This document shows positions 36,391-47,207 of a stretch of 64,000 nucleotides of DNA, in pieces. Every line of letters starts with the position of its first letter. Within the stretch, counting starts at the first letter, position 1. Both the position numbers and the translations under genes were made by a program. This stretch comes from an uncultured SAR86 cluster bacterium (GTDB lineage: Bacteria > Pseudomonadota > Gammaproteobacteria > Magnimaribacterales > D2472), in NCBI GenBank assembly GCA_902509555.1, contig CABWYS010000002.1:1478-65477 (forward strand). The letters run 5' to 3'. The notes beneath the pieces are model-generated. The model ran no database searches. It was not told the origin of the DNA and was given only the letters and a program-made list of their open reading frames with translations.

Positions 36391-39300
36391 TTAGAAAGAA
36401 AACTTATATGTGAACCCAAGTTGTGCTCTCCATATGCTGTTTACAGCTGATTTTCTAATACCCTTAGGATTACTTTGATTGAAGCCATAAGCCCAATCTG
36501 GGTAACCTCTTCCTTTGTAGTTAGGATAAATGTATTTAGAAAAATCATCGTTCATATACATGTCAAGAACGGCCATTTTTCCGTTATATGGACCGTATTC
36601 GATAACACCTTTATCGGAATCAATTAAATTCAGCAGATTCTCTATTCCTAGACTAATAACAAACTCATCTTCAGCTCTAAAGCCTGGAAGGATCTGAGTT
36701 ATCTTAAGATCTAAGGTTGTTTGCCATGGGTATTCATAAACACCATTGGGAACAATCTGACCTGCATAAGATGCTAAGCCTAACTGGTTATGGAGCATAT
36801 CAAGCACTTGGTTAGCAATTGCTAAATCAGGCGCTCCAGAACATGAACCCCAACACACATTTGGATCTGTAAGGCCAGTCGGAACATATATTAAATGTGA
36901 GCTATCATCATTAAGATTTTTCTCATATCCAAAAGCCTCTCTTTGATAAGCTGTTCCACCATAATTTCTTGAAGTATAAGTATCCCAAGAATAGGTACCT
37001 GGTAAACCAGATTTTCTTTCAAAGAATAAATTGAAAGTTGTAGGTTTATCAGCGCCAAAGAAATAATGTGTTGATGATAAAGTTGCAAACAATCTATGCT
37101 CTGTTTCATATATTGAGCGTTGTGCAGTTCTGTTGTTGTAATCAGAGGCTGCGTATTTACCATAGCTAGAGTTTGCAGTTGTGGATGCCATACCGCTTAA
37201 CTCATTAATATTTTGGTTAGTGTAACCAACGGTAAAGGAACCATCGCCATCATTAAAGAATCTTGAGAAGGCAACTGATAAGACCTCTCTTTCACCACCA
37301 CTTTCATTATAAAGACCTCCCTTGTAAGTATTTCTTCCTAGCTGGTTATATATAGGTCTGCCATCAGGAGCTTTCAATGTAGGTGTTAAAGGTTGGTCAC
37401 CGCTTAAAGGTGAGCCATCAATGATTTTATACAAAGCTTCTTCTTGATCAGAGTGCAAGTAAGTAGCCGTCATCATCCAATCTCCAATCTGTCTGTCATA
37501 GGTCAAATTAAGAGTTTTGGTTTCAGGCCATTCAAAACTTGGTGCTATGAAGTTAATCACTGCATCAGTTAAAGGCGCATTCTGAATTGCTGTTCCAACA
37601 CAAGCTGGAAGAGATCCTGTAACACCAGTTGTTGGATCACACCCAGGAGCATTTGCTCCATTGTATGCAGCAATCCTCACCCCATCATTTGTATAAGCAT
37701 TTGAAATCCACACGGTAGGCAATTTAGATGAGAAAGTTCCATATAGACCTTTCAATGAGCTGACATCATCAATCTCATACTCAAAACTAAATCTATAATT
37801 AAATAAATCAGTACCAGCAATACCGCCATTAGCAAAACCATAGGCATCTTTGAAACCTTGATTTAATGAAGGAGCATCATCTGAATCAAATTCGTCATAT
37901 CTCAAACCAACCAGAACATTTAATTTGTCAGAAATTTCAATCTCATCCTGTAAATACAATGAGGTTAAGTCATATTTAAATATAGCTGCGCCACCTGCTT
38001 CAGTTAAATCTCTTGAGTTGTTATGGAAAAAACCGGTGGCTGTCTGGCTTTCGTAGCCTGAAATTCCATCAAAATCATATGAACCATTTTGTGCAACGAT
38101 AAATACGTTATAAATATCCCACTCTTTAGTTTCATAACCAGCGGTCCATTTATGATTATCATCATAGTATGTAAGTTTGGCTTTAAAGAATGAATTTTCA
38201 GTCTCTAGAGCATTCGCGCTTCTATAAATGTCTGGGCCTAATTCACAGACAATTTCATTTGCTCCGCAGTTTTCAATAACAAATGAAGGAAGGTCTTGGC
38301 CTACTGGAGACATTTGAGATGTTTTTTGCTCTTTTGTTGAATAGCTAATCTCAGTAATCAAATCATCAGACCAGTTAGAAACAAGGAGGAACCCATCCGT
38401 TTCAGTGTTTTCACCTTTTTGGTACTCAGCTGATGAAAAATTAAAAGTGCCATAGGAGCTATTTGCTCCATTTAACTTAGAACTCTCCACTTCCTTATGG
38501 TTAATTGTTAAACGATGATTGTCAGTAATATTTATATCAAATCTTGCTGTCATATACTCCTGCTGAGATAGATTGCTTGCTGTATAGCCAAGAGGATCAA
38601 AGCCATATTTGCTTTTAGTTATATTTCTAATTTGATCAACTTCAGCAACTGTAATACCTTGAACGTTAGGTAATCCAGACCCTTCAGGACCATGGGTAAT
38701 GGGCTTATTTACTTCAGCTTCTTCATAAGTAACATAAAAGAATGCTTTATCTTTAATTAAGGGTCCACCAAATGCAAAGCCTTCAGAAGTATCCTCTAGA
38801 TCAAATGAATATTCATCACCATTAGATTCGTCACCCATCAATGAGTCACCTCGATCATATGAGAAAAATTCACCCGTAAATTCATTGGTTCCAGACTTGG
38901 TAATTACTTCAATAACGCCTCCTCTAAAACCTGAGTACTCTACAGAAGCAGGTGCAACTTTAACTGAAAGCTGCTCAATTGCATTGAGTGAAATTGGGCT
39001 TCTTTGAGCAGGATAACCATTAGCATTCAGACCAAAGTCATCATTAAATGACACTCCATCTACTCTAAGATCATTAGTTCTTGGATGAGCACCAGCAATA
39101 GAAATTGCTTCATAGTTATCTTCAGCGTCATCAAGAGAAACCATAGGATTCAATCTGATAAAATCTTTCAGGTCCCTATTTACAGAAGCATTTTTTTCAA
39201 TGTCATCTGCAGTAAGCGCTGTACCGAAACCATAACCTGTATCTAAAGTGGTTCCTGCACTTGCAACAACAACAACTTCATCAATTGACTCTAAAATAAA

Positions 39301-39612
39301 ATTCAATCTTTTAGTATCACCAACAATCAAGGTGATCCCTGCTGTAGTTTCTGAGCTGTAAGCACTAGATTGAACGCTGACTTCGTATGGACCACCAGGT
39401 TTTAAACCACCAGCATTGTAACGGCCGTTTGAACTCGTTGTTCTGGTGACGGTAGTATCTGTTGGAGTATAAGTAACGCTGACGGTAGCTCCGCTAACTG
39501 GCGTTCCCGCTCCATTTGTTACAGTACCTGTAATATCCGAAGTAAGTTCCTGACCAAATGCTGGAATAGCGATTAAAGCAGCAACCATGAATAAGTTACG
39601 TAATGATTTCAT
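36391..39612 (-). CDS. TonB-dependent outer-membrane receptor with an N-terminal carboxypeptidase-regulatory-like domain
   Basis: 1073 aa with a signal peptide. An Ig-like TGTVTNGAGTPVSGATVSV domain is followed by plug and barrel. The C-terminal sequence YKFSF ends in a terminal Phe. Confidence 0.88.
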   Translation of the reverse strand: MKSLRNLFMVAALIAIPAFGQELTSDITGTVTNGAGTPVSGATVSVTYTPTDTTVTRTTSSNGRYNAGGLKPGGPYEVSVQSSAYSSETTAGITLIVGDTKRLNFILESIDEVVVVASAGTTLDTGYGFGTALTADDIEKNASVNRDLKDFIRLNPMVSLDDAEDNYEAISIAGAHPRTNDLRVDGVSFNDDFGLNANGYPAQRSPISLNAIEQLSVKVAPASVEYSGFRGGVIEVITKSGTNEFTGEFFSYDRGDSLMGDESNGDEYSFDLEDTSEGFAFGGPLIKDKAFFYVTYEEAEVNKPITHGPEGSGLPNVQGITVAEVDQIRNITKSKYGFDPLGYTASNLSQQEYMTARFDINITDNHRLTINHKEVESSKLNGANSSYGTFNFSSAEYQKGENTETDGFLLVSNWSDDLITEISYSTKEQKTSQMSPVGQDLPSFVIENCGANEIVCELGPDIYRSANALETENSFFKAKLTYYDDNHKWTAGYETKEWDIYNVFIVAQNGSYDFDGISGYESQTATGFFHNNSRDLTEAGGAAIFKYDLTSLYLQDEIEISDKLNVLVGLRYDEFDSDDAPSLNQGFKDAYGFANGGIAGTDLFNYRFSFEYEIDDVSSLKGLYGTFSSKLPTVWISNAYTNDGVRIAAYNGANAPGCDPTTGVTGSLPACVGTAIQNAPLTDAVINFIAPSFEWPETKTLNLTYDRQIGDWMMTATYLHSDQEEALYKIIDGSPLSGDQPLTPTLKAPDGRPIYNQLGRNTYKGGLYNESGGEREVLSVAFSRFFNDGDGSFTVGYTNQNINELSGMASTTANSSYGKYAASDYNNRTAQRSIYETEHRLFATLSSTHYFFGADKPTTFNLFFERKSGLPGTYSWDTYTSRNYGGTAYQREAFGYEKNLNDDSSHLIYVPTGLTDPNVCWGSCSGAPDLAIANQVLDMLHNQLGLASYAGQIVPNGVYEYPWQTTLDLKITQILPGFRAEDEFVISLGIENLLNLIDSDKGVIEYGPYNGKMAVLDMYMNDDFSKYIYPNYKGRGYPDWAYGFNQSNPKGIRKSAVNSIWRAQLGFTYKFSF

Positions 39613-39711
39613 AATTTCCCTCTAAAAATTAAAATTAAGACGATGGATTAATTCTATACCTGTTTGCAGCTTATGAAAAGGAACAATTAAGCAAGATTTT
39701 AAAAAATTTTA

Positions 39712-40956
39712 TTAGACTTCGATGGTTGTAAATTTTGTATATTCATGAAGAACTTCTGGGATAGTGATTGTGCCCTTTTGATCAAAATTATTTTCAATAA
39801 CTGCAATCAATGCTCTGCCTGCTGCAAGCGCTGATCCATTAAGAGTGTGAACTAGTTTTGATGTCCCTTCTTCCTTAAATCTAATCTTGGCTCTCCTAGC
39901 TTGAAAGTCAGTACAGTTTGAGCAAGATGATATTTCTCTATAGGTTTCTTGGCTTGGAATCCAAACCTCTAGGTCATACGTTTTAGCTGCTGAAAAGCCT
40001 AAGTCTCCTGTGCACAATTCTACTACCTGATAAGGAAGGTTTAGCTCCTTAAGAATTGTTTCTGCATGAGAGGTAAGATTTTCTAGAGCTTCAAATGACT
40101 TTTCAGGATGACAGAGCTGCACTAACTCTACTTTTTCAAACTGATGTTGTCGAATTAATCCCTTGGTATCCTTACCATAACTTCCAGCCTCAGACCTAAA
40201 ACAACTGGTATGAGCTGTAAGCTTCAGTGGAAAAGTATTTAAATCAAGAATCTGATTTCTGTATAAGTTAGTTAAAGGTACTTCCGCAGTAGGAATTAAA
40301 TAGTAATCATCAGTTAACTGAAATAGATCATCAGAAAATTTTGGCAATTGTCCAGTTGATGTTAAAGATTCTGTATTGGCCACCATTGGTAAATAATGCT
40401 CTGTGTAGCCATGCTCTGATGCTTTATCTAACATAAAAGCTATTAAAGCTCGCTGTAATTTTGCAATTTCACCGCTTAAAACTGCAAAACGGGAACCGGC
40501 TAAAAGGTTAGCTGAATGAGTATCAATCATTGATGTAATCTCTAAATGATGTTTTCCCTTTAAGATAATTGGCTCACCGCAATCGCGAATCTTGACATTA
40601 CTTTCTTCATCCTTCCCTTTTGGAACAGATTCATCAGGGAGATTGGGAATATCAAGCAGTAATTCTTTTAAAGTTATTTGAATGTTATTTAATTGGGAAG
40701 AGCATTCCTCCAGATCAGTCTTGATTAAATCAATCTTCTTGTTGAGCGCTGAATCATCCTTACCCTCTTTTTTGAGTATTCCATATTCTTTAGAAAGAGC
40801 ATTCCTCCTGGCTTGAAGGTCTTCTGTTTCAGTTTGATATTTTTTTCGCTCAGCTTCAGAGGTCTCAAATAATTCAATATTAAAATTGTAATTTCTAAGC
40901 GCTAATTTTTTAGAGACAGACTTGGGATTATCTTTTATTAAATGTGTATCAATCAT
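39712..40956 (-). CDS. serS: Serine--tRNA ligase
   Basis: 414 aa. N-terminal coiled-coil arm and class II motifs (FRSEAGSYGKDTKGLIRQHQF, GSALA). Confidence 0.92.
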   Translation of the reverse strand: MIDTHLIKDNPKSVSKKLALRNYNFNIELFETSEAERKKYQTETEDLQARRNALSKEYGILKKEGKDDSALNKKIDLIKTDLEECSSQLNNIQITLKELLLDIPNLPDESVPKGKDEESNVKIRDCGEPIILKGKHHLEITSMIDTHSANLLAGSRFAVLSGEIAKLQRALIAFMLDKASEHGYTEHYLPMVANTESLTSTGQLPKFSDDLFQLTDDYYLIPTAEVPLTNLYRNQILDLNTFPLKLTAHTSCFRSEAGSYGKDTKGLIRQHQFEKVELVQLCHPEKSFEALENLTSHAETILKELNLPYQVVELCTGDLGFSAAKTYDLEVWIPSQETYREISSCSNCTDFQARRAKIRFKEEGTSKLVHTLNGSALAAGRALIAVIENNFDQKGTITIPEVLHEYTKFTTIEV

Positions 40957-40958
40957 TT

Positions 40959-41324
40959 TTAAGTAGTTTTAAATAAAGAGTAAGCTAAAAAAGTTCCTAT
41001 TAAACATGAGGCAATTGATGCAATAACATATATCAAAGCATTTAATTCCTTGCCATTGTATAACAATTCAATTGTCTGCTGTGAGAAGGCTGACATAGTC
41101 GTAAAGGATCCAAGAAACCCTATGACTAGAAAAAAATAAACATTAGACTTCAAGTCTGAAATATGAGCCATGACAATACCTATACAAAAACATCCAATAA
41201 AATTAACTAACATGATTCCACTAGGCAGTACAAAAAAAGAAAAATTTTTCATCAAGTCGTTTACAAGATATCTCAATGGAGCGCCCAAAGCTCCTCCAAA
41301 TGCTATGAGAATAAGTTTACTCAT
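40959..41324 (-). CDS. crcB: Fluoride channel CrcB/FEX
   Basis: 121 aa with 4 TM helices. GGALGAPLRY and GFLGSFTTMSAF motifs. Confidence 0.88.
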   Translation of the reverse strand: MSKLILIAFGGALGAPLRYLVNDLMKNFSFFVLPSGIMLVNFIGCFCIGIVMAHISDLKSNVYFFLVIGFLGSFTTMSAFSQQTIELLYNGKELNALIYVIASIASCLIGTFLAYSLFKTT

Positions 41325-41830
41325 AATGGTGTAAGTTCTATTCCATGCTCAACCCCAAGAGAATCTTTATAACGAATAAGGTTAAGCCGATTTTCAAAAA
41401 ACGAAAAAGTGACAACGTTAGAACGAGTATTATCAATGATTTGAATGAGCGAATCGTTGATGATATTAATTGAATAGGTATCTGCATCCTCATCAATACC
41501 ATCGATTAAAAGATTTAGAAAAAAATTATCAAGCTCATCAATATTGATAACTTGTGTTTGATCTAAAAAAATATCATGGATCTCTATAGCATCTCCATTA
41601 ATTATGTAATTTTCTTTAAATGGTGATAACACATGAATTGAAATCTCCTCGTTGGTAAAAAAAATTTTTCCACTGGAGGTATCAATCCTCATATCAGATT
41701 CACTGAGGGATCTTTCAAGAAATGAATAATTTTTTTTTAACTCACTCTTTAAAAGAGAAGTTGAAATTGATGATGCATCAATAAATACAGAGAATATAAA
41801 AATAAATGATATAAAAAATTTAACAATCAT
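41321..41830 (-). CDS. lolA: LolA-like periplasmic lipoprotein carrier (short, divergent)
   Basis: 169 aa with a signal peptide. It sits between ftsK and serS as in E. coli, and the beta-rich pattern resembles LolA. It overlaps both neighbours by 4 nt. Confidence 0.6.
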   Translation of the reverse strand: MIVKFFISFIFIFSVFIDASSISTSLLKSELKKNYSFLERSLSESDMRIDTSSGKIFFTNEEISIHVLSPFKENYIINGDAIEIHDIFLDQTQVINIDELDNFFLNLLIDGIDEDADTYSINIINDSLIQIIDNTRSNVVTFSFFENRLNLIRYKDSLGVEHGIELTPL

Positions 41831-44157
41831 TGCTGCTTAGGGACTAATACTTCCCTGCTTCCATTAGTGCCCATTTCAGAAACTAGACCAGCCATCTCCA
41901 TAGCTTCAATTATTCTGGCTGCCCTGTTGTAGCCAATCCTTAGCTTTCTCTGTACAGCCGAAATAGAAGCCCTTCTTGATTCGATTACAAAACTTACCGC
42001 CTCATCATAAAGCTCATCATCCTCATCCGATGATTGAGATCCGTCTCCATCAGTCCACCCAGGTATAGGGCCTGTTTCTTGCAGCTCTGATGTGATTTCA
42101 TCTAAATAATTTGGTTCAGATCTTTCTTTCCAGCTATTAACAACTCTATGAACTTCATCATCGCCAACAAAAGCACCATGAACTCTTTCAGGAACGCCCT
42201 GACCAGCAGGCATGTATAACATATCACCCGCACCAAGAAGCTGTTCTGCTCCACCCTGATCCAGAATAGTTCGTGAATCAATTTTTGAAGATACTTGAAA
42301 AGCTATTCTTGATGGCACATTAGCTTTGATCAACCCAGTAATAACATCTACTGAAGGTCGTTGAGTTGCTAAAATTAAATGAATCCCAGCAGCCCTTGCT
42401 TTTTGAGCAATTCTTGCAATCAAGTGCTCAACCTTCTTACCAACAATCATAATCATATCTGCAAACTCATCTACCACAACAACAATGGATGGCAATTCTT
42501 CTAATGGCACCTCCTCATCTTCCTGAAATGGATCAAGTAAAGGAGTTCCTGCGGCATTAGCTTCAGCTATTTTCTTATTGAAAGCTGCTAAACCTCTGAC
42601 ACCCATCTCGGACATTAATTTATATCTCCTATCCATCTCAGCTACACACCATCTCAATCCATTTGATGCATCTGTCATATCGGTGATCACAGGTGTAAGA
42701 AGGTGGGGTATACCCTCATAAACAGATAGCTCAAGAATTTTGGGGTCAATCATAATAAGGCGGACTGCCTCTGGATCTGATTTAAATAGCAAACTAAGCA
42801 ACATTGCATTGAGTCCAACTGATTTACCAGAACCGGTTGTTCCAGCAACCAGCAAATGAGGCATCTTGGCAAGATCTACAACAACTGGTTTTCCTGCAAT
42901 ATCATGACCTAAGGCCATTGATAGTGGTGAGCTAGAATTATGGAAAGTATCTGATGACAAAATTTCAGTTAGCTGAACCATCTTCCTATTAGTGTTAGGT
43001 ATTTCAATGCCGACAACAGATTTTCCAGGTATCACTTCAACCACTCTTACGCTTGTCACTGCTAGAGATCTGGCAATATCTTGTGCAATATTTGTAATTT
43101 TGCTTGCCTTAGTGCCTGGTGCAGGCTGAATCTCAAACCTGGTAACAACTGGTCCAGGGATAACAGAGACAACCTTAGCCTCTATTCCAAATTCTTGAAG
43201 CTTAATTTCAAGCCTATCAGCAACTTCATCAAGCTCCTCTTTGGTTAAAGATGAGCCATCATCGAGCACTCTGTCCAAAAGATCTGTTGAGGGGAGCTCT
43301 GAGTTTACGTTTTTATCTTTAGACTTATAAACAGTAGATGTTGCAGCTGGTTCATTTTTTGGAATATCAGCTTTTGGGGCTGATGCAATTTTTTCTTGTG
43401 ATCCAGTTTCTGGCTTAACAAGTGTAGGTTTTGATTTAGGAAGATTTAATTCTCTTGGTTTTACTTCAACAACCGAACGCTCAATTATGGGTTGATTTTT
43501 GGATTTAAACTTTGATAAATCAATTGATCTTATACTATTAATCAAATATTTAAAGGAATTGTAAAATTTCGCAACGAGTTCTAATGCCAAATATTTAGAT
43601 CCTCGGCCTAAAGAATCTATTACAAATAACCATGAAAATGAAAAAGTTAATGAGATCGATGCAAGAAAGAAAATTACTATAAAAATTAATGCCCCTAACA
43701 CTCCAAAAATATTAGAAAGATTGGTAAAGATCAAGGCACCAATTAAACCGCCAGAGGAGGACTGAGGAAAAAGCTCACCTGAATAATAAAACTCACTAAG
43801 TGATGAGAACGAGCCTAGCAAAAAAATTACTGAGGTAATTTTAATAATCTTATGAGTTCTATCGGATGGTCTAAAAAAAAATAATAACTTCACTGCAAGA
43901 AAGGAAATAATTAATAAAAATAAATATGCTCCTATACCAACAATTGAAAATAAAGCATCAGAAAGGTAGGCTCCAAAGGGTCCGCCTAGATTTTCAATAG
44001 ACTTAGAAAGTGAGCTTACTGAAGAAAGGCTGGGGTCAAGTGGAGAATATGAAACAAGCGAAATAAAGATATATAAAACTGAGCCTAAACAAAAAAATGC
44101 AAAAACATTTTTCAGAGTGCCGGCTGATAAATTTGATTGCTCGTGTTTCTTAGCGAT
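41827..44157 (-). CDS. ftsK: DNA translocase FtsK; the start is placed at a non-canonical ATC codon
   Basis: The track ORF starts at GTG 43893. The same frame is open up to 44169 and encodes the conserved FtsK N-terminal membrane domain ([11 protein letters not shown]...[12 protein letters not shown]). AGGAG sits at 44168-44164, followed by ATC ATC. The C-terminal motor has Walker A GTTGSGKS and a gamma domain. Confidence 0.85.
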   Translation of the reverse strand: MAKKHEQSNLSAGTLKNVFAFFCLGSVLYIFISLVSYSPLDPSLSSVSSLSKSIENLGGPFGAYLSDALFSIVGIGAYLFLLIISFLAVKLLFFFRPSDRTHKIIKITSVIFLLGSFSSLSEFYYSGELFPQSSSGGLIGALIFTNLSNIFGVLGALIFIVIFFLASISLTFSFSWLFVIDSLGRGSKYLALELVAKFYNSFKYLINSIRSIDLSKFKSKNQPIIERSVVEVKPRELNLPKSKPTLVKPETGSQEKIASAPKADIPKNEPAATSTVYKSKDKNVNSELPSTDLLDRVLDDGSSLTKEELDEVADRLEIKLQEFGIEAKVVSVIPGPVVTRFEIQPAPGTKASKITNIAQDIARSLAVTSVRVVEVIPGKSVVGIEIPNTNRKMVQLTEILSSDTFHNSSSPLSMALGHDIAGKPVVVDLAKMPHLLVAGTTGSGKSVGLNAMLLSLLFKSDPEAVRLIMIDPKILELSVYEGIPHLLTPVITDMTDASNGLRWCVAEMDRRYKLMSEMGVRGLAAFNKKIAEANAAGTPLLDPFQEDEEVPLEELPSIVVVVDEFADMIMIVGKKVEHLIARIAQKARAAGIHLILATQRPSVDVITGLIKANVPSRIAFQVSSKIDSRTILDQGGAEQLLGAGDMLYMPAGQGVPERVHGAFVGDDEVHRVVNSWKERSEPNYLDEITSELQETGPIPGWTDGDGSQSSDEDDELYDEAVSFVIESRRASISAVQRKLRIGYNRAARIIEAMEMAGLVSEMGTNGSREVLVPKQQ

Positions 44158-44228
44158 GATTAACTCCTGTTATTGATATTATATTGAGATATAGCTTATT
44201 TAGTTAGAAAAGATAACAATTTCTTTAA

Positions 44229-45185
<957 letters not shown>

Positions 45186-45317
45186 TTACTGACCAGAAAC
45201 CCAAAAAACCATACCTACAACAAAAACTGCGATAAGTATTAGCGCTACTATAGAATCAGATTTGCTGTCTTCATTAGCCTCTTGTGATTCAAAGTATTCA
45301 TCATATTTATCTGACAT
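45186..45317 (-). CDS. Candidate 43-aa single-pass membrane protein (below the track's size cut-off)
   Basis: Hand translation gives MSDKYDEYFESQEANEDSKSDSIVALILIAVFVVGMVFWVSGQ*. The ATG is 2 nt after the upstream gene's stop. GGAG lies 8 nt upstream. The ORF exactly fills the gap to trxB. Confidence 0.45.
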   Translation of the reverse strand: MSDKYDEYFESQEANEDSKSDSIVALILIAVFVVGMVFWVSGQ

Positions 45318-45319
45318 AT

Positions 45320-46303
45320 TTATTCTCCATGTTGAAGGACTACTCTGCCCTGTTGACCACCCTCTAGGATAAGATCAATTTCTTGCTGTAAATTTTCTTT
45401 AGAAACAACTCTTATCATGGATGAAAGATCTAATTTCCATTCATCAGCAAATTTATTCCAGATACTGGTTTTAAATTCTATTGATGATTCTGCTGAATCA
45501 ATACCAGCTAAAGTAATACCTCGCAAGATAAATGGAAAAACAGTTGTGTTTACTTCTATACCTGCAACATTCCCACAACATGCAACCACACCATGAGGTG
45601 ATATTTGAGGAAGCATTTTGCTTAATACATTTCCTCCAACAGTATCAATGGCTGATGAAAATAATGGCCTTTCCATGGCTTTAGCTGGAGCCTCTAAATA
45701 TTCATCACGCATAATTATATTGTTAGCTCCAATTGATTTCAGGAAGTCAGTTGATGAGGATTTACCTGTTAATGCTGAAACCTCTTTACCTAATTTAGAC
45801 ATCAGCATTACGCCAATAGACCCAACACCACCTGTTGCACCTGAAACTAAAACAGGCAGGTCTGAAGCTTTTGAAGATTCATGTATTTTTAACACGCTAG
45901 CTGCTGCCGTTATGCCTGCGGTGCCAATAGACATAGCCTCAAGACTTGATAAATTCTCTGGCTTTTTTACTACCCATTTAGCCGGCACATTGATGTACTC
46001 TCCAAAACCACCCGGAGTATTCATCCCCATGTCATAACCAGTCACAATAACTTCATCACCATCAGTGAATTGTGAAGAGTTAGCATCAGCAATCGTTCCT
46101 GCAGCATCAATTCCTGGAACAAATGGGTAATTTCTGGTCACTCCTTTATTGCCTGATGCTGACAATGCATCTTTATAGTTAAGAGATGAATGAAATACTT
46201 TTATCTGAACAAAATCATCTTCCGGTTTTTGAAGCTCCAATTCGGAGATTGAAGCTGAAAATGCTCCATCGTTCTCCTCAACATAATATGCTGAGTATTT
46301 CAT
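45320..46303 (-). CDS. yhdH: YhdH/AcuI-family NADPH-dependent oxidoreductase (acrylyl-CoA reductase-like, MDR superfamily)
   Basis: 327 aa. SSLNYKDALSASGNKGVTRNYPFVPGIDAAGT and MSIGTAGITAA are typical of the YhdH/YhfP subfamily. Confidence 0.8.
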   Translation of the reverse strand: MKYSAYYVEENDGAFSASISELELQKPEDDFVQIKVFHSSLNYKDALSASGNKGVTRNYPFVPGIDAAGTIADANSSQFTDGDEVIVTGYDMGMNTPGGFGEYINVPAKWVVKKPENLSSLEAMSIGTAGITAAASVLKIHESSKASDLPVLVSGATGGVGSIGVMLMSKLGKEVSALTGKSSSTDFLKSIGANNIIMRDEYLEAPAKAMERPLFSSAIDTVGGNVLSKMLPQISPHGVVACCGNVAGIEVNTTVFPFILRGITLAGIDSAESSIEFKTSIWNKFADEWKLDLSSMIRVVSKENLQQEIDLILEGGQQGRVVLQHGE

Positions 46304-47073
46304 TATCTTGGCTTCATTCTCATGGCTGAATCCAATCTTATTGTTTCGCCATTAAGATAAACATTCTCAACTATATGTGCAGCTAAACTACCAAACTCAG
46401 CAGGTATTCCAAATCTATGTGGAAACTGAGTCGATTCTAATAATGGATCTCTAACCTTGTCTGGTGCCATTTTCATTAAAGGCGTATTAAAGATGCCTGG
46501 CGCAATAGTATTAACCCTAATTCCGTGCCTTGCGAGGTCTCGAGCAGCAGTAAGAGTTAAGCCAATAACACCGGCTTTTGAAGCACTATAGGCTGATTGA
46601 CCAATTTGGCCTTCGTAACCAGCAATCGAAGCAGTATTTATAATCACGCCCTTCTCACCATCCTCATCCGCTTCATTTTTATCCATAAGTTCAGCAGCTA
46701 AACGCATAACGTTAAAGGTCCCAACTAAATTCAAATCAATAATAAATTTAAAATGATCTAATGGATGAGGTGCATCTTTACCAATAATTCTTGCGCCATA
46801 TCCAGTACCTGCACAATTAATTGCAACGTGCAATTTACCAAATGCCTCCTCAATTTTTGACATCGCATCCTTAACTGGCTGCTCTTCCATGATATTGGTA
46901 TTAACATATTTAACATTTTCATGGCCTAGCTCATCGCATATAGCTTTTGCATTATCATCATTAATATCAAGAATCATGACTTTTGCACCCTTAGATACAA
47001 AGTGTCTTGTTGATGCTTCACCTAAGCCGGATGCACCCCCTGTAATTGCTATAAATTTATCTTGTAATTCCAT
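46303..47073 (-). CDS. Type-2 3-hydroxyacyl-CoA dehydrogenase (HSD17B10-like SDR)
   Basis: 256 aa. TGGASGLG and GVIINTASIAGYEGQIGQSAYSASKAGV closely resemble HSD10-type enzymes. Confidence 0.8.
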   Translation of the reverse strand: MELQDKFIAITGGASGLGEASTRHFVSKGAKVMILDINDDNAKAICDELGHENVKYVNTNIMEEQPVKDAMSKIEEAFGKLHVAINCAGTGYGARIIGKDAPHPLDHFKFIIDLNLVGTFNVMRLAAELMDKNEADEDGEKGVIINTASIAGYEGQIGQSAYSASKAGVIGLTLTAARDLARHGIRVNTIAPGIFNTPLMKMAPDKVRDPLLESTQFPHRFGIPAEFGSLAAHIVENVYLNGETIRLDSAMRMKPR

Positions 47074-47151
47074 TGCATATCTCCAAAATGAAAAAGAATT
47101 ATACCTAGCTATTGATAAAAATGATCACATTTGAAAGTATAAAAACTAAAT

Positions 47152-47167
47152 TGGCATGATAATTGCA
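47152..47167 (+). promoter_or_regulatory. Sigma-54 (-24/-12) promoter upstream of the porin-like gene
   Basis: TGGCATGATAATTGCA matches TGGCACG-N4-TTGCW with correct GG/GC spacing. It lies about 40 nt upstream of ATG 47208. Confidence 0.75.
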
Positions 47168-47207
47168 TTTAAGGATTTGTAACTTCACAAAAAATATAGG
47201 AGAAATT

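Noticed and set aside
39613-39711. Cobalamin or other riboswitch upstream of the TonB-dependent receptor.
   Set aside because: The 99-nt AT-rich gap is too short and lacks any conserved riboswitch core that I can recognise.
40959-41330. Fluoride riboswitch expected upstream of crcB.
   Set aside because: crcB overlaps the preceding lolA-like gene by 4 nt, so there is no non-coding space for a riboswitch.
45618-46037. This is a 139-aa plus-strand ORF. Similar 60-100-aa ORFs occur at 2685-2921, 4502-4774, 6796-7077, 12255-12500, 20985-21263, 51959-52252, 59432-59707, 61382-61648 and 63534-63812.
   Set aside because: Each lies entirely antisense to, or out of frame within, a well-supported gene with clear family motifs. 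Their sequences are low-complexity with no recognisable motifs, as expected for shadow ORFs.
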